Below are positions 27,201-41,102 of a DNA stretch of 64,000 nt, piece by piece. Position 1 is the first letter of the stretch, and the number at the start of each line of letters is the position of its first letter. The stretch comes from Camelus dromedarius (Eukaryota). Below the pieces are notes generated by a model. It was not told the origin of the DNA. It was given only the letters and a program-made list of their open reading frames with translations, and made no database searches. Made by a program: the position numbers and the translations under genes. The stretch is from assembly GCF_036321535.1 (NCBI RefSeq), contig NC_087436.1:65350001-65414000 (forward strand). The letters are read 5' to 3'.

Positions 27201-30200
27201 AGAAGAACAAACAAACCCCAAAGTTAGCAGAAGAAAAAAAAATCATAAAGATTAGAGCAGAAATAAATGAAATAGAGAATAAAGAAAAAAAAAAAAGAAA
27301 AGATCAATGAAACTAAAAGCTGGTTCTTTGAAAAGATAAACAAAATTGATAAGCCTTTAGTCAGACTCATCAAGAAAAAAAGGGAGGGGGCCCAAATTAA
27401 TAAAATCAGAAATGAAAAAGGAGAAGTTAACTGACACAACAGAAATACAAGGGATCATAAGAGGATACTATGAGCAACTATATGCCAACAAAAATGACAA
27501 TGCAGAAGAAATGAACAATTTCTTAGAAATGTACAATTTGCCAAGACTAAACCAGGAAGAAATAGACAATATGAATAGACCAATTACCAGTACTGAAATT
27601 GAATTAGTAATTAAAAACCTCCCAACAAACAGAAGTCCAGGACCAGATGGCTTCACAGGTGAATTCTACAAAATATTTAGAGAAGAGTTAATACCTAACC
27701 TTCTGAAACTATTGCAAAAGTTGTGGAGGAAGGAACGCTTCCAAACTCATTCTACGAGGCCATCATCATCACTCTGATACCAAAATCAGACAAAAAAAGA
27801 GAAAATTACAGGCTAGTATCACTTATGAAAACAGATGCAAAAATCCTCAACAAAATACTAGCAAATTGACTCCAGCAATGCCATGATCAAGTTGGATTTA
27901 TCCCAGGGATGAAGGGATTTTTGAATATCCACAAAATCAACATGATACACCACATTAACAAACTGAAGAAGAAAAACCACGTGATACTCTCAATAGATGC
28001 AGAAAAAGCTTTTGATAAAATTCAACATCCATTTATGATCAACACTCTCCAGAAAGAGGGCATAGATGGAACATACCACAACATAATAAAGGCCATATAT
28101 GACAAACCCATAGCTAACATCATACTTAACAGGGAAAAGCTGAAAGCATTTCCTCTAAGATCAGGAACAAGACAAGGATGCCAGCTCTCACCACTTTAAT
28201 TCAACATAGTTTTGGAAGTCTTAGCCATAGCAATCAGAGAGGAAATAGAAATAAAAGGAATCCAAGTTGGAAAAGAAAAAGTAAAACTGTCACTGCTTGC
28301 AGATGACATAATACTATACATAGAAAACCCTAAAGAAGTGACCAGAAAACTACTAGAACTCATCAATGAATATGGTAAAGTTGCAGGATACAAAATTAAC
28401 ATACAGAAATCAGTTGAATTACTATACACTAACAATGAAATAGCAGAAAGGGAAATTAAGGAAACAATACCACTTACCATCATACCAAAAATAATAAAAT
28501 ACCTAGGGAAAAACCTACTCAAGGAGGCAAAAGACATGTATGCCAAAAACTGTAAGACACTGATGAAGGAAACTGAAGATGAAGATGACATAAACAAATG
28601 GAAAGATACACAGTGTTCTTGGATTGGAAGAATCAATTTTGTTGAAATGGCCATACTGCCCAGGCATTTTACATATTCAATGCAGTCCCTATCAAATTAC
28701 CAATGACATTCTTCACACAGCTGGAACAAAAAAAAAAATGTTAAAATTTGTATGGAAACACAAAAGACTCTGAATAGCCAAAACAATCTTGAAAAAGTAG
28801 AACGGAGCTGGGGGAATCATGCTCCCTGACTTCAGACTACTACAAAGCTACATTAATCAAAACAGTATGGTACTGGCACAGAAACAGACACACAGATCAA
28901 TGGAACAGGATAGAAAGTCCAGAAATAAACACATGCACGTATGGTCAGTTAATCTATGACAAAGGAGGCAAGAATATACAATGGAGAAAAGACAGTCTCT
29001 TCAATAAGTGGTGCTGGAAAAACTGGACAGCTACCTATAAAAGACTGAATTTAGAACATTCCCTAACACCATGTACAAAAATAAACTCAAAATGGATTAA
29101 AGACCTAAATGTAAGACCACATACTATAAAACTCCTACAGGAAAACATAGGTAGAACACTTACAGACATACATTAAACAATGTATTTTTTTGAACCAGCT
29201 CCTGGAGTAATGGAAATAAAATAAAAAATAAACAAATGGGATTTAATCAAACTTAAAAGCTTTTGTACAGCTAAGGATACCATCAACAAAATGAAAAGAC
29301 AACCAACAGAATGGGAGAAAATATTTGCAAATAATGTAACTGATAAGGGACTAATTTCCAAAATATACAAACAGTTCATACACATTAATATCAAAGAAAC
29401 AAGCAACCCAATCCAAAAATAGTCAGACCTAAACAAGTAATTCTCCAATGAAGACATAAAAATGGTCAATAGGCACATGAAAAAATGGTCAGCATCACTA
29501 ATTGTCAGAGAAATGCAGATCAAAACTACAATAAGGTATCACCTCACACCAGCCAGAATGGCTATCATTGAAAAGCCTACAAATGATAGATGCTGGAAAG
29601 GGTGTGGAGAAAAGGGAACCCTCCTACACTGTTGGTGGGAATGTAGATTGGTGCAGCCACTATGGAGAACAGTATGGATGTTCCTTTAAAAACTGAAAAT
29701 ATACTTACCATGTGATCCAGCAATCCCACTCCTGGGCATATGTCCAGAGAAAAATAAAACTTCAAAAAGACACATGCACCCCAACGTTCACAGCAGCACT
29801 ATTTACAATAGCTAAGACATGGAAACAACCCAAATTTGCATCCACAGATGACTGGATAAAGAAGATGTGGTACATATATACAATGGAACACTACTCAGCC
29901 ATAAAAAAGAATAAAATAATGCCATTTGCACCAATATGGATGGAACTGAAGATTGTCATTCTAAGTGAAGTGGGCTGGAAAGAAAAAGAAAAATGCCATA
30001 TGACATCATTTATATGAGGTATCAAAAAAAAAACAATAATAAGGACACAAATGAATTACTTATTATTTATAACTTAAATGACTGATTTCTTGAATATGTG
30101 TAAGCACATTCGACTATCCTTTATGATTGGATTACTGCATTCTGTTGATTCTTATTTTGTAGTTGCCTATATTCCTTTGATAACTATATAAGTTTAAAAA

Positions 30201-30990
30201 GCTAAAGCTCTAATCTGTTCTTAGAAACAATGATCAGTACATGTATGTAAAAAAAGATGTGCAGTATACTGTATGTATTTACATCCAATATAATGTATAT
30301 GTGTAGTCAAACTATAATAATTCTACCTAATAAAACTGAAAAAGGGAAAAAAATTATACAGACAAGAAAAAAAAAAAAAAAGAAAAAGAAAAAGACATGT
30401 TCCCCAATGTTCGTAGCAGCAGTATTTACAATAGCCAAGGCATGGAAACAACCTAAATGTCCATCGACAGATGATTGGATAAAGAAATTGTGGTATATTT
30501 ATACAACAGATTACTATTCAGCCATAAAAGATAATAAAACAATGCTATTCGCAGCAACATGGATAACCCTGGAAAATGTCATTCTAAGTGAAGTAAGCCA
30601 CAAAGAGAAAGAAAAATACTATATGATATCACTTATATGTGGAATCTAAAAAAAAAGAAAGAGAAAAATGAACTTATTTACAAAACAGAAACAGACTCAC
30701 AGACATAGAAAACAAACTTATGGTTACTGGGGGCAGGGAGGGGATGGGAAAGGATAAATTGGGAGTTTGAGATTTGCAGATACTAATATATATAAAATAG
30801 ATAAACAACAAGTTTATACTGTATAGCACAGGGAACCATATTCAATATCTTGTAGTAACTTATGGCAAAAAAGAATATGAAAACCAATATACGTATGTTC
30901 CTATATGACTGAAGTATTGTGCTGTACACCAGAAATTGACACAACATTGTAAACTGACTATACTTAAAATATATTTTTTTAAAAAAAGAA
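18213..30990 (+). mobile_element. LINE-1 copy B (18213-24258 plus ~30389-30990), interrupted by copy C
   Basis: Partial 5'UTR, ORF1 (DLWDNTKHANLCIIGIPEGEE), ORF2 from 20711. ORF2 text ...IQNDTC resumes after C as TCSPMFVAA; 3'UTR and A-rich tail to ~30990. Confidence 0.95.
24259..30388 (+). mobile_element. LINE-1 copy C, full-length and disabled, nested in copy B
   Basis: 5' start gagattccagtcaagatggcagag; ORF1 ~25300-26163; ORF2 26239-30017 with a 247-aa endonuclease ORF; poly(A) 30367-30381; imperfect TSD aaaacgacacatgt (24245-24258) / aaaaagacatgt (30389-30400). Confidence 0.95.
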
Positions 30991-33900
30991 AGACTGTATA
31001 TTAATCTAAACTTATTTTGGACACAGAATCACTTTCTTAGAATGAAAAATAATGACTCAGTTTTCAGTGCTTCCTTTATTGTTTCATCTCCATTTTTAGC
31101 AGGAATTCCTCTGAAGGTACTGGTCTTTGAATGATATCAATCTAGAAATTCTAAAAGTGACACAGATTTTTCCTCTCTCTTGTACATTTTAGGGCATGTT
31201 CATTATTTCCACTTGGATCTGGATGTGTATATCTGCTTAACTCATCATACCCAGAAGTATAATCATACCCATTAATTTTTAATAGATCTAAAAAATGCAC
31301 TTAAGAATGAATTTCCTATCAATATCAAACACATAAAACAGATTCACATATGTTTAATTCTTAACAGCTTTCTATCTTGAATAGGCATAATACATTATGC
31401 AACATTATTAGCAAGACTAAATTCTGTCAAATTTGTTTAAATTTTAAAGGAATGCATGGATCTCAATGATGACTAGGGTCTATTGAAATGTTATAAAAAG
31501 GTGGCAGAGTTTTAGTATCCTAAAATAAGTAAATATGCTTCTATACTACTATGTATGCTAATTAGAAAAGTTATCTTCAAACCTAGGGAAAATGCTTAAT
31601 ATAAATTAGAAAATTATGCCTTAAAATAGCACAGTTTAATTGGTTTTAATGTCATTTTAATGGCAATAATTATCCTTATTGACCTCAACACAATGTCGAA
31701 TACAGTTTTCTTCCAATAATAAATTTGATGTTTTCTGTCTGAATTTTCCTGACGAGAGTCCTATAATTTTAATCAAACATGTTATATTGTAATTGAGAAA
31801 CCCTCAAGTAGCATTTTAAAGAATTATGGAAGTATTATTCCATAAAGTAATTGGAATCCAATTCCAATCACATTCACCAATAGGTTTTCATACTAACTTT
31901 TCACTTACTTGTCTTAAATGCCATCTATCTTTGTTATGATGTATCTCTCATTAGATGGTGAGAATATATGGATCAATGCTTTTGTTCCCAAGTTATCAGT
32001 TCAGATATGATTGTTGTTCAATAGTGTTTCCATCCCCTTTTCCAGAACCAACACCTGAAAATGATTTAAAGGAGCAAAAAAAGAGTATTTTCTAAAATTT
32101 TAATATAGCACAAAATTCTGAAAATTTGGATAAAATTCTACGTAAAGTGCAGAATTTATCTTAGCTACTATATTTCTTAAATTCTTTAAATTATAAGTAG
32201 AATTCCATGATGCCATCCAATTCCAACTTTTTAAAAATGGATTTTTTTTTGTATTCCAGTGCTGCAGTGCGCGTGAAGAAATTGTTTTCCATATAAATGT
32301 GAATTTCCTCATTAAATTTGGAAATTACTTGACAGTATTTATTAAAAATGCATATATTTCTGACCAAACAATTGCCACCTGGTTAATCTGACCTATACAA
32401 ACAAAGTATGAAAATATATATACCTAAACGCACACATGTATATGTTTGATTTTACGGTGTTTTTACAAATCTAATTGTAAATCAATAGAAATTATATTAA
32501 TAAATTATGTAAGTCAATAGAAAATATTAATAATAAATTATGTACTATGCAGCTATTAAAATAAGTAATCTAGATATATTAACTGTAAAAATTTTTCATG
32601 ATACTATGGATTTTGATCCCATTTTTATTAAAATCAGATAAAAGAAACCAAATGCATGTGTTATATGTATATTTTAGTTTTGTACATACATAGAAAAAGT
32701 AGAAAATTATATACCAGGTTGTTAACTTTGATCACTTTAAGGAAGGTTAGGAAATAGGAGAGAAAATAAAGATTATATCTGTATATACTTCAGCTTAATT
32801 TGAAGTGTTACAAAAATCTTGTATACTTCTGATTTTTTAAAATATAGAACTCAGTTAACAGTGCCCCAGTTTGAAGGATTAACAATGTTTGAATGCTCAG
32901 AAGCATATGAAAGCATTTTTAATAAAAGTTACTTGATAAAATGTGCTAAATGACTTCCTATTTTAGTTTTTCCATTTCCTCAATAGTAGGAAGTTAAAAA
33001 CTTTAAAGCTGTTACTTCATTCTAGCTTATGTTTGTCATAACAAAGCTCATTTTATGGGACTTAAATGTGGAAAAAAATACCTTTTATATATAAAATTTT
33101 CAAGATGGATGTTTTCTGGGAATCTGTAAGTTAATCTGTAAGTCAGTGTGCTTAAAAACATGATAACCATAAAGACACTCAGTTAATATGAAGTGACAGA
33201 TACTAATGGACTATTTAGTAGATTAATAGCTAGCATGAAGTCTTGCTAGCTGTTTATTTCAATCCTTGGCTTAAAAGGATGCACAAGCCATTCAGGTCTC
33301 TAAGCACACTTAATTCAAGTGGACAGAAGCACATGATTATATAACCAAGCTGACTATTGAAATTGTAAGCGTTATCTTTCAGCTGCTCTACTGCTTCAAG
33401 CTGTGGAGATATAAAATGCTAGCCTTGGCACGAGTAGTTGGAGCATCACCAAACTTTGATGAACAAAGAACTTACCAAGTGCCTTTTTTCCCCCAATGAC
33501 AAAGAAAATTTTTCATTTTTATAACATTGTCTTCCCAGTTGTTAATTAATACCATGCACAGGTGGTGTAAGGGATAACCACAGTAAATCACAAAAAGGGT
33601 TATGAGCCTCCAAAGAACTATTATTAAATACAGGTAGGTCATAAAACAATGCTTTAGAATGATGGGACTGTCAGGTGCCACATTTTCAATCTGTACTTTT
33701 GAAGCTGGATCCTCTACTTCTGCAAAGAGTTTTAGTTTAGGATGTGGAGTTTACTTTATTATAATTAGAAGAAATGTTTGTTCAATCCCTGAGTAAAATA
33801 CACTTTGATTCAACGATTTGCTTTCCCTGTGTATTTTTTTCATTTTTTCAATTGTATTTAAGATGCAAAGTAGGATGGGCACCTTCAAGTTAATAACTGG

Positions 33901-35030
33901 TTCCTCAAAATATAGAAAAATATTAAGGTTTTTCTTTCATTTTTTTGAAAATGAAGCAAATCTCAGTAAAAACTGAAAAGTCTTCATAATTGTATTCTCA
34001 CATTGAAAAACATAGTCATCAATAACAAATACACTTGAAAGCATTTTTATGCACTTACAAGAATTTTTCATGGAGAGTTTTTCCATGTATTTTTACACAG
34101 GTAATAATTCTTTTCATTCCTAATCCTCAAATAATGACCTCTCTCAGACCAGTGTCTTAGACCTGATTCAATTGTTGGACTGTACTTCTAGAAGGCAATG
34201 ATATATACACATTTATAATATCATTAAGACTCACACATAATGCTAATTACATGCTCTTTACTCCATTTTCTAGACTTCCCCCTGGACATTTCCCTTGAAG
34301 GAATCTTAAGACCATTCCAAAGCTTGGATTTTAACTTCTAAAATGGTGTTCTTTCTTTGATGTTTTGTGGCAGTCTCTTTGCCTACTTTTATATGTCAAA
34401 ACTGGTTAGCCTGAACATTAATATAGGTTGCTAGACACAAAACTCAGAGATGCTTTGTAGATCGCTCGTTTTTACTGAGTGCTTAAGTGGCAACACACTA
34501 ATATTCAGTAACCAAATATACAGACTGTTCAACTAGCTCTGAAGGCCAAAATATGAAAACCATACTGTAATGCAGGCACAGAGACTCACACTTTTGTAGG
34601 TAAATATTTAAGACATCACTAACATTATAATAAATCTGAGTTGAATGAGGCATATGAAATGGAGTATGAAAGTTCTTGATTAGAATATTTCACCCTAACC
34701 AAAATGTAAGAAAGCCTACCTAGGTTTCACATTATGATACCATTCTTGTCTGCTATTAACATCGCAGACTGGCAAATGTTTTAGCGTCTTCAGAGTATCA
34801 TTTAGGTTAATTTAACTGAAACATTGTTTTAGTATCTTTACCATTGTGGTTACCTCCCTTACGTGCTTGACCGTAAAACAACAACAAAAGTGATGCATAG
34901 TGGAGAGTGTTACTGAAACTTAAAATTGAATTATGTCACAAAGACATCTTTTGTCCTTAAAGTAGTTTTAAATATGATGTATACATATTGCTGATATTAT
35001 ACTTGAAATAAGATAAAGAAAAAATAATTT

Positions 35031-38000
35031 GGGGGGGAGGGTGTCAAGATGCTGATGTAGGAGGGAGAGGAGCTAACCTCCACTACAAAAACATCAAAAA
35101 CACATCTCATGTGGAATAATTCACACAAAAAATCAACTGTAAACTGGCAGACAATCTCTTATAAAACCAAAGCTGCAAGAAATATCCCCACATAACTGGG
35201 TAGAATTGGGGGGCACAGAGAAAGCTTCAGGATGGGACCAGCACCCCTGGGAGGATCTGTGAAAGAGGGAAGGTCCACACTGTTAGGCCCTCACCCTGAG
35301 AAGTGCTCTCACCTATTGGGAGGTCCACCAGTACATATAAAGGGACTAGATGAGCCGGGACTCTGATCATGAGGAGAGTGTACATTCTGGCTTGTAAGCC
35401 ATCAGACTTGAAAGAAACCAGCACTGACTTCTGCCACCTCACTGCACCTCCCAAAACACACACTGGGCAGGGCTGCTAGTACACACTGTGGCTAGGCACT
35501 GAATCTTGGGCAGAAAAGCCCTGGGAGAGGATTGAGCCTAGCTGTGTTGAGACAATCTGGAGGACCTGGGGTGTGATCTGAGCTGAACCTCAGAGCCCAC
35601 TATCAGCATGTGCATGGCAAGACCCAGGTTTGGTGGCAGTGGACTTTGTGGGTGCCCACACAACAGGGGCAGCGCCGACCTGGAAGCACATCAATGATTG
35701 TATGGTGGGGTGGGTCTGGCAATGGTGGACTTTGTTGCCACAAACACTGGGTGGCAGCATAGAATCACATATCTTACATGAATAGCCCCTGGGGAGGAAT
35801 ATTCAGTGCTCCATTTCCTGGCAGGAGTGTTTCAGTTCTACCCACCACACACTGCAGCTTAAAGCCAGATACGGAGCAGACAGACCCTGGGAGAGCCCTG
35901 CCATACAGGCAGCTCAAATCCTAGGCAGCAGCACAACTACCTCTAATTTCTGCAGCCACAGCTCCCAGGCACTCAGCATCAGACTAGCACTAGGTTTGGG
36001 ACAAACATAACAGAGAAAGGGACACAATAATTAGGCTATTTCTGGGCAGAATAATGGATGCCTGCATGGGCAGTACATAGGTTCACTGTGGCTATGTAGA
36101 CCTCACTTGTTTCAGTGCTCATCTCCATTGGGACAGATCATGTTCCTAAGGGTAACACAGCCTATTGAACCTGACCCTCAGGGCTTTTACTTCCACAACT
36201 GAGGAGCAGACCCTACCCCTGACAGGGTGGTGGGAGACATGAAGCAAAGAGGCGGTCTCACACACTAGCGCAGGCTCTGGACACTAAGACACCAATCACA
36301 CCCCAATCAAGGGGATAACAACCAGCACACTCTGAGGAATGATGCAGTTGGTATCAATACCAAAAACAGACTTTGCATCAAAATATTGGACTCATACCAT
36401 TTACACAGGGATGCTCCCACATAAAAACATCCTTTTAAGACCACAGTAGATAACTTTTCCCCCCTAAATTCATAGAGACAGAGAAAAGTTAAGTAAAATG
36501 AAAAAGTGGAGGAACTACCAATTAATGAACAAGAGAAATCTCCTGGGGGAAAAAAATGAAACAGACCTCAGTCTACTAGTCTGCCGAAGTTCAAAAAAGA
36601 GGTAATAAAAACCACAAAATAATTAAGATTATTGACAGAAATGCAGACAACTGTAACAAAGAGCTGGAAACTATAAAGAGAAACCAATCCAAATTAGACA
36701 ACTAAATTGTCAAGATAAAAAGGAATCTAGAATTAATGAATAGCAGACTAAATAATGCAAAAGAATAAGTAAGTGATCCAGAAGATAGAATAATGAAAAT
36801 CACCCTATAAGAACAGCAGACAGAGACAAATAAAAAAATGAAAGCAACATATGAGGTCTATGGGATAATATAAAGTATACCAATCTATCCATAAATAGAG
36901 GTTCCAGAAGGAGGAGAGAGAAGAGGATTGAAAATGTACTTGACGAAATTATGGCTGAAAATATTCCAAACATTAACCACAGAGGGTCCCAAACAAGATG
37001 AACCCAAACAGACCCACACCAAGACATATTATAATTAAAATGGCAAAAGTTAAAAGTAAAGACAAGATTCTAAAGACAGCAAGAGAGAAACAGTAAGTTA
37101 CAAGATAACTTGTATACAGCTATTAGATTTCTATGCAGAAACTATGCAGAAGGGACTTGCATGATATATTCAAAGTCCTGAAGGGGAAAAACCTAGGATA
37201 CTCTACCCAGCAAGATTATCATTTAGAATAGAAAGAGAGTATTTCTCAGACAAGCAAAAACTAAAAGAACACAGCAATACAAAACCTAAACTAAAAGAAA
37301 CATTCAAAAGTCTTCTCTAAATAGAAAAGCAGCAAGAATCTATAGGAAAGGGGAAAATCACAATAGTAAAAGCAAATATAAAAAAGGATTGAAGATGACT
37401 TAAATAAGCCAGTACATAGTTTCAAAAACAATTTAAAAAATTTGTAGAAGCAATTATAACCACAATTAAGAGAAAAAGGATAAACATGAAGATGTAAAAT
37501 AGGACATCAAAATCAAAAAATGTGGGAGATGGGAGTAAAAATACTTTAGATCTTTTAAATATTTGAACTTACATGATTATCAGTTTAAAGCAAGTAGATA
37601 AAGTTACGGGTTAACATACTTGAAAACCAGGGTAACTACAAATCAAAAATATACAACAGATTCACAAAAACCAAAAAGAAAGGAACGCAAGCATAATACA
37701 AAAGAAAACCATCAAACCATAAAAGGAAAAAGAAAGGAACAAAGAAGAACTACAAAATCAACTGGAAAACAAGGTTTAAAATGGCAATAAGTATACACCT
37801 ATCAATAATTACTTTAAATGTTAATGGACTAAATGTTCTGATCAAAAGACAGAATGGTGGATTGGATTTTAAAAAAACAAGACCCCAGAATATTTGGCCT
37901 ACAAGAGAGTCATTTTAGTGGGAAGAACACACACAAACAAAGTGAGGGGATAGAAAAATATATTTCATGGAAACAGAAACAAATAAGTGGGGGTAGCAAT

Positions 38001-41000
38001 ACTCATATCAGACAAAATAGACAGAAAACAAAAGCCATCAAGAAAGACAAAGAAGAGCATTAAGTAATGATAAAGGACTCAATACAAAAAGAGGATCTTA
38101 CACTTTTTAATATACATGCACACAATATAGGAGCACCTAAATATATAAAATACAAACAGACATAAAGGGAGAAATTTACACTAACAATAATAGTAGGAGA
38201 CTTTAACAACTCTCCAGCATCAATGGACAGATTTCCCAGAAATAAAATCAATAAAACAGAGATCCTAAATGACACAATAGAACAGTTAGACTTAATTAGT
38301 ATCTAAGGACACTACGTCCAAAAATATAAATAACAACCATGAAACACACAAACAAACAAACAGATTATACACTGTTTTCAAGTGCATGTGAAACATTCTC
38401 CAGGATAGACCACATACTAGGTCACAAAACACACCTCAATAAATTTAAGAGGATAGAAATTTAGCATCTTTTCTGACCACGATGGTATGAAACTAGCAAT
38501 CAACCACAAAGAAAAATGAGAGAAAAAACAAACACATGGAGACTAAACAACATGCTAATAAAAAACTAATGAGTCAACAATGAAATCAGAGAGAAAATCA
38601 GAAAACACATTGATACCAATTAGAAAATTACAAAAAATCATAAGAAAATACTATGAACAGTTAAATGCCAACAATTTAGACAACCTAGAAGAAATGGACA
38701 AGTTTCTAGAAACACAGTCTGCCAAAACTGAGTCAAGAAGAAACATGTGATTTGATTACATCTGTCACTAAAAATAAAATAAAATCTGTCATTAAAAAAA
38801 AAACAACAACCTGCAAACAAAAATCCAGTATTGGATGGCTTCACTTTGGAATTCTACCAAATACGCAAAGAAAAACTTACACTGATCCTTCTGAAATACT
38901 TTCAAAAGACTGACAAGAAGGGAACACTCCCAAAATCATTCTATGAAGCCACCATCACCCTGATAGCAAAACCAGACCAAGACAATAAAAATAAATAAAA
39001 TTATAGGACAGTATCTTTGATGAATATAGATACAAAAATCCTCAACATATTAGGAAACCAAATTCAACAATGCATAGAAAGGGTCATACACCACGATCAA
39101 GTTGGTTTCATTCCAAGGTCGCATGTATGGTTCTACATACACAAATCAATGTGATGTACCTCATTAACAAAAGAAAAAACAAAAACCACATGATCATCTC
39201 AATAGACACCTAAAAAGTATTTCATAAAATTCAACATCCATTCATGATAAAAACTGTCACCAAAGTGGGTATAGGGGGAACATATCTCAACATAATTAAA
39301 AACATTTATGATAACCCACAGCCAAAATAATATTCAGTGGTGAAAAGCTGATAGCCTTACTGCTAAACTAAGGAAAAAGACAAGGATGCATACTCTCACT
39401 ACTTCTATTCACCATAGTATTGGAGGTTCTAGTCACAGCAATTAGGCAGAAAACATAAATAAAAGGTATCCAAATTAGAAGTAAAGAGGTAAAATTGTCA
39501 CTATTTGCAGATGACATGATACTCTATATGGAGAACCCTAAAGACGCCACACAAAAACTGTTAGAACTAATAAATGAATTTAGCAAGGGAGCATTATACT
39601 AGATTAACATACAAAAATCTGTTGCATTTATTTACACTAACAACAAAATATAATAGAAAGTAAAACAGTCCTGTTTAAAATCACATTAAAAAAAACTAGG
39701 AATAAAGTTAATCAAGGAAATAAAGGATCTATATGCTGAAAATTATAAAACATTGATAACGGAAATTGAAAATGATTCAAATAAATGGAAATATAGCCCA
39801 TGCTCTTGGATTGGAATAATTAATATTTTTTAAATAGCCATACCATCCAAAGCCATCTACAGGTTTAATGTAATCCCCATCAAACTATCCATGACATTTT
39901 TCACAGAACTGGAACAAATAATCCTAAAATTTATACAGAATTATAAAAGACACAGAATTGCCAAAGCAATCCTGAGGAAAAAGAACAAAGCTGGAGACAA
40001 AACCCATCCAGACTTCAGATAATATTACAAAGCTACAGTAATCAAAACAATGTGGTATTGGCACACATATATAACTGAAACATTATGCTGTACCCCAGTA
40101 ATTGGCACATTATAAGCTGACTAAACTTCAATAAAGAAAAAAAATTTTTAAATCCAATAAAAAAATGAACAGAAGACCTAACTGGACATTTGTCCAAAAA
40201 GGCATACAAAAGGTCAATATGCACATGAAAAGACGCTCAACGTTGCTAATCATTAGAGAAATGCAAATCAAAACCACAATGAGGTATCAGTTCACACCAG
40301 CTAGAAAGGCTATCATCAAAAAGTGTAAAGATAGTAAACACTGGAGAGGGTGCGGTGAAAAGATTAGTTTCCTACACTGTTGATGGGAAAGTAAATTGGT
40401 ATAGCCACTATGGAAAACAGTATGGACTTTCTTTAAAAAAGTAAAAATAGATTTACCATATTGTCTAGAAATCCCTGGGCATATTAGATAAAAACTCTAG
40501 CTCAATAAGGTACATGAACCCTAATGTTCATAGCAGGACTATTCACAATAGCCAGACATGGAAACAACCCACATGCTCATCACAGATGATTGGTTTATGT
40601 ACATGTGATATATATGTACAATGGTGTACTACTCAATCATAAAAAAGAATGAAATATTATCATTTATAGCAACATGATGGACCTAGAGAATATCATATTA
40701 AGTGAAGTAAGTCAGATAAAGAAAAGTATCAATACAATATCACTTATATGTAGAATATAAAAAATAATATAAATGAATCTATACACAAAACAGAAAGATT
40801 CACAGACATAGAAAACACACTTATGGTTACCAAAGGGGAAAAGGAGGAGAGGAGGGATAAATTAAGAGTATGGGAGGGATAAATTAGAAGTATGTGTTAA
40901 GAGATTCAAAACACTATAAATGAAATAGGTAAGTAATAGGGATTTAATGTATGGCACAGGAAACTATATTCAATAACTTATAATAATTTATAATGGAAAA

Positions 41001-41102
41001 TAATCTGAAAAAGTATATATATATCTGCATCACTTTGCTGTACATCTGAGACTAACACAATATTGTAAATCAACTATACTTTAAAACATAAAGAAAAAAT
41101 AA
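35031..41102 (+). mobile_element. LINE-1 copy D, 5'-to-3' complete with internal deletions
   Basis: 5' start gggggggagggtgtcaagatg; ORF1 ~36500-37320; ORF2 from 37781; 3'UTR to ~41085; candidate low-complexity TSD ataaagaaaaaataa at 35013-35027 and 41088-41102. Confidence 0.95.

Larger units (their letters stand above)
248..33719 (-). pseudogene. Decayed multi-exon gene, putative distant KIAA0825/DUF4495-family paralog
   Basis: Minus-strand AG..GT-bounded segments at 33476-33719, ~33250-33400, ~32160-32340, 31909-32054, 31684-31760, ~31030-31150, 9239-9388, 8889-9055, 7467-7615, 5533-5592, 4968-5070, 4758-4866, 3256-3338, ~770-885 and 248-414. Many consecutive phases are compatible. Stops, frameshifts and a GT>AT donor are present. 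Family resemblance is from memory only. Confidence 0.6.

Noticed and set aside
34095..34410. Two further minus-strand exon candidates upstream of the first relic
   Set aside because: Donors are weak and I could not chain the phases confidently.
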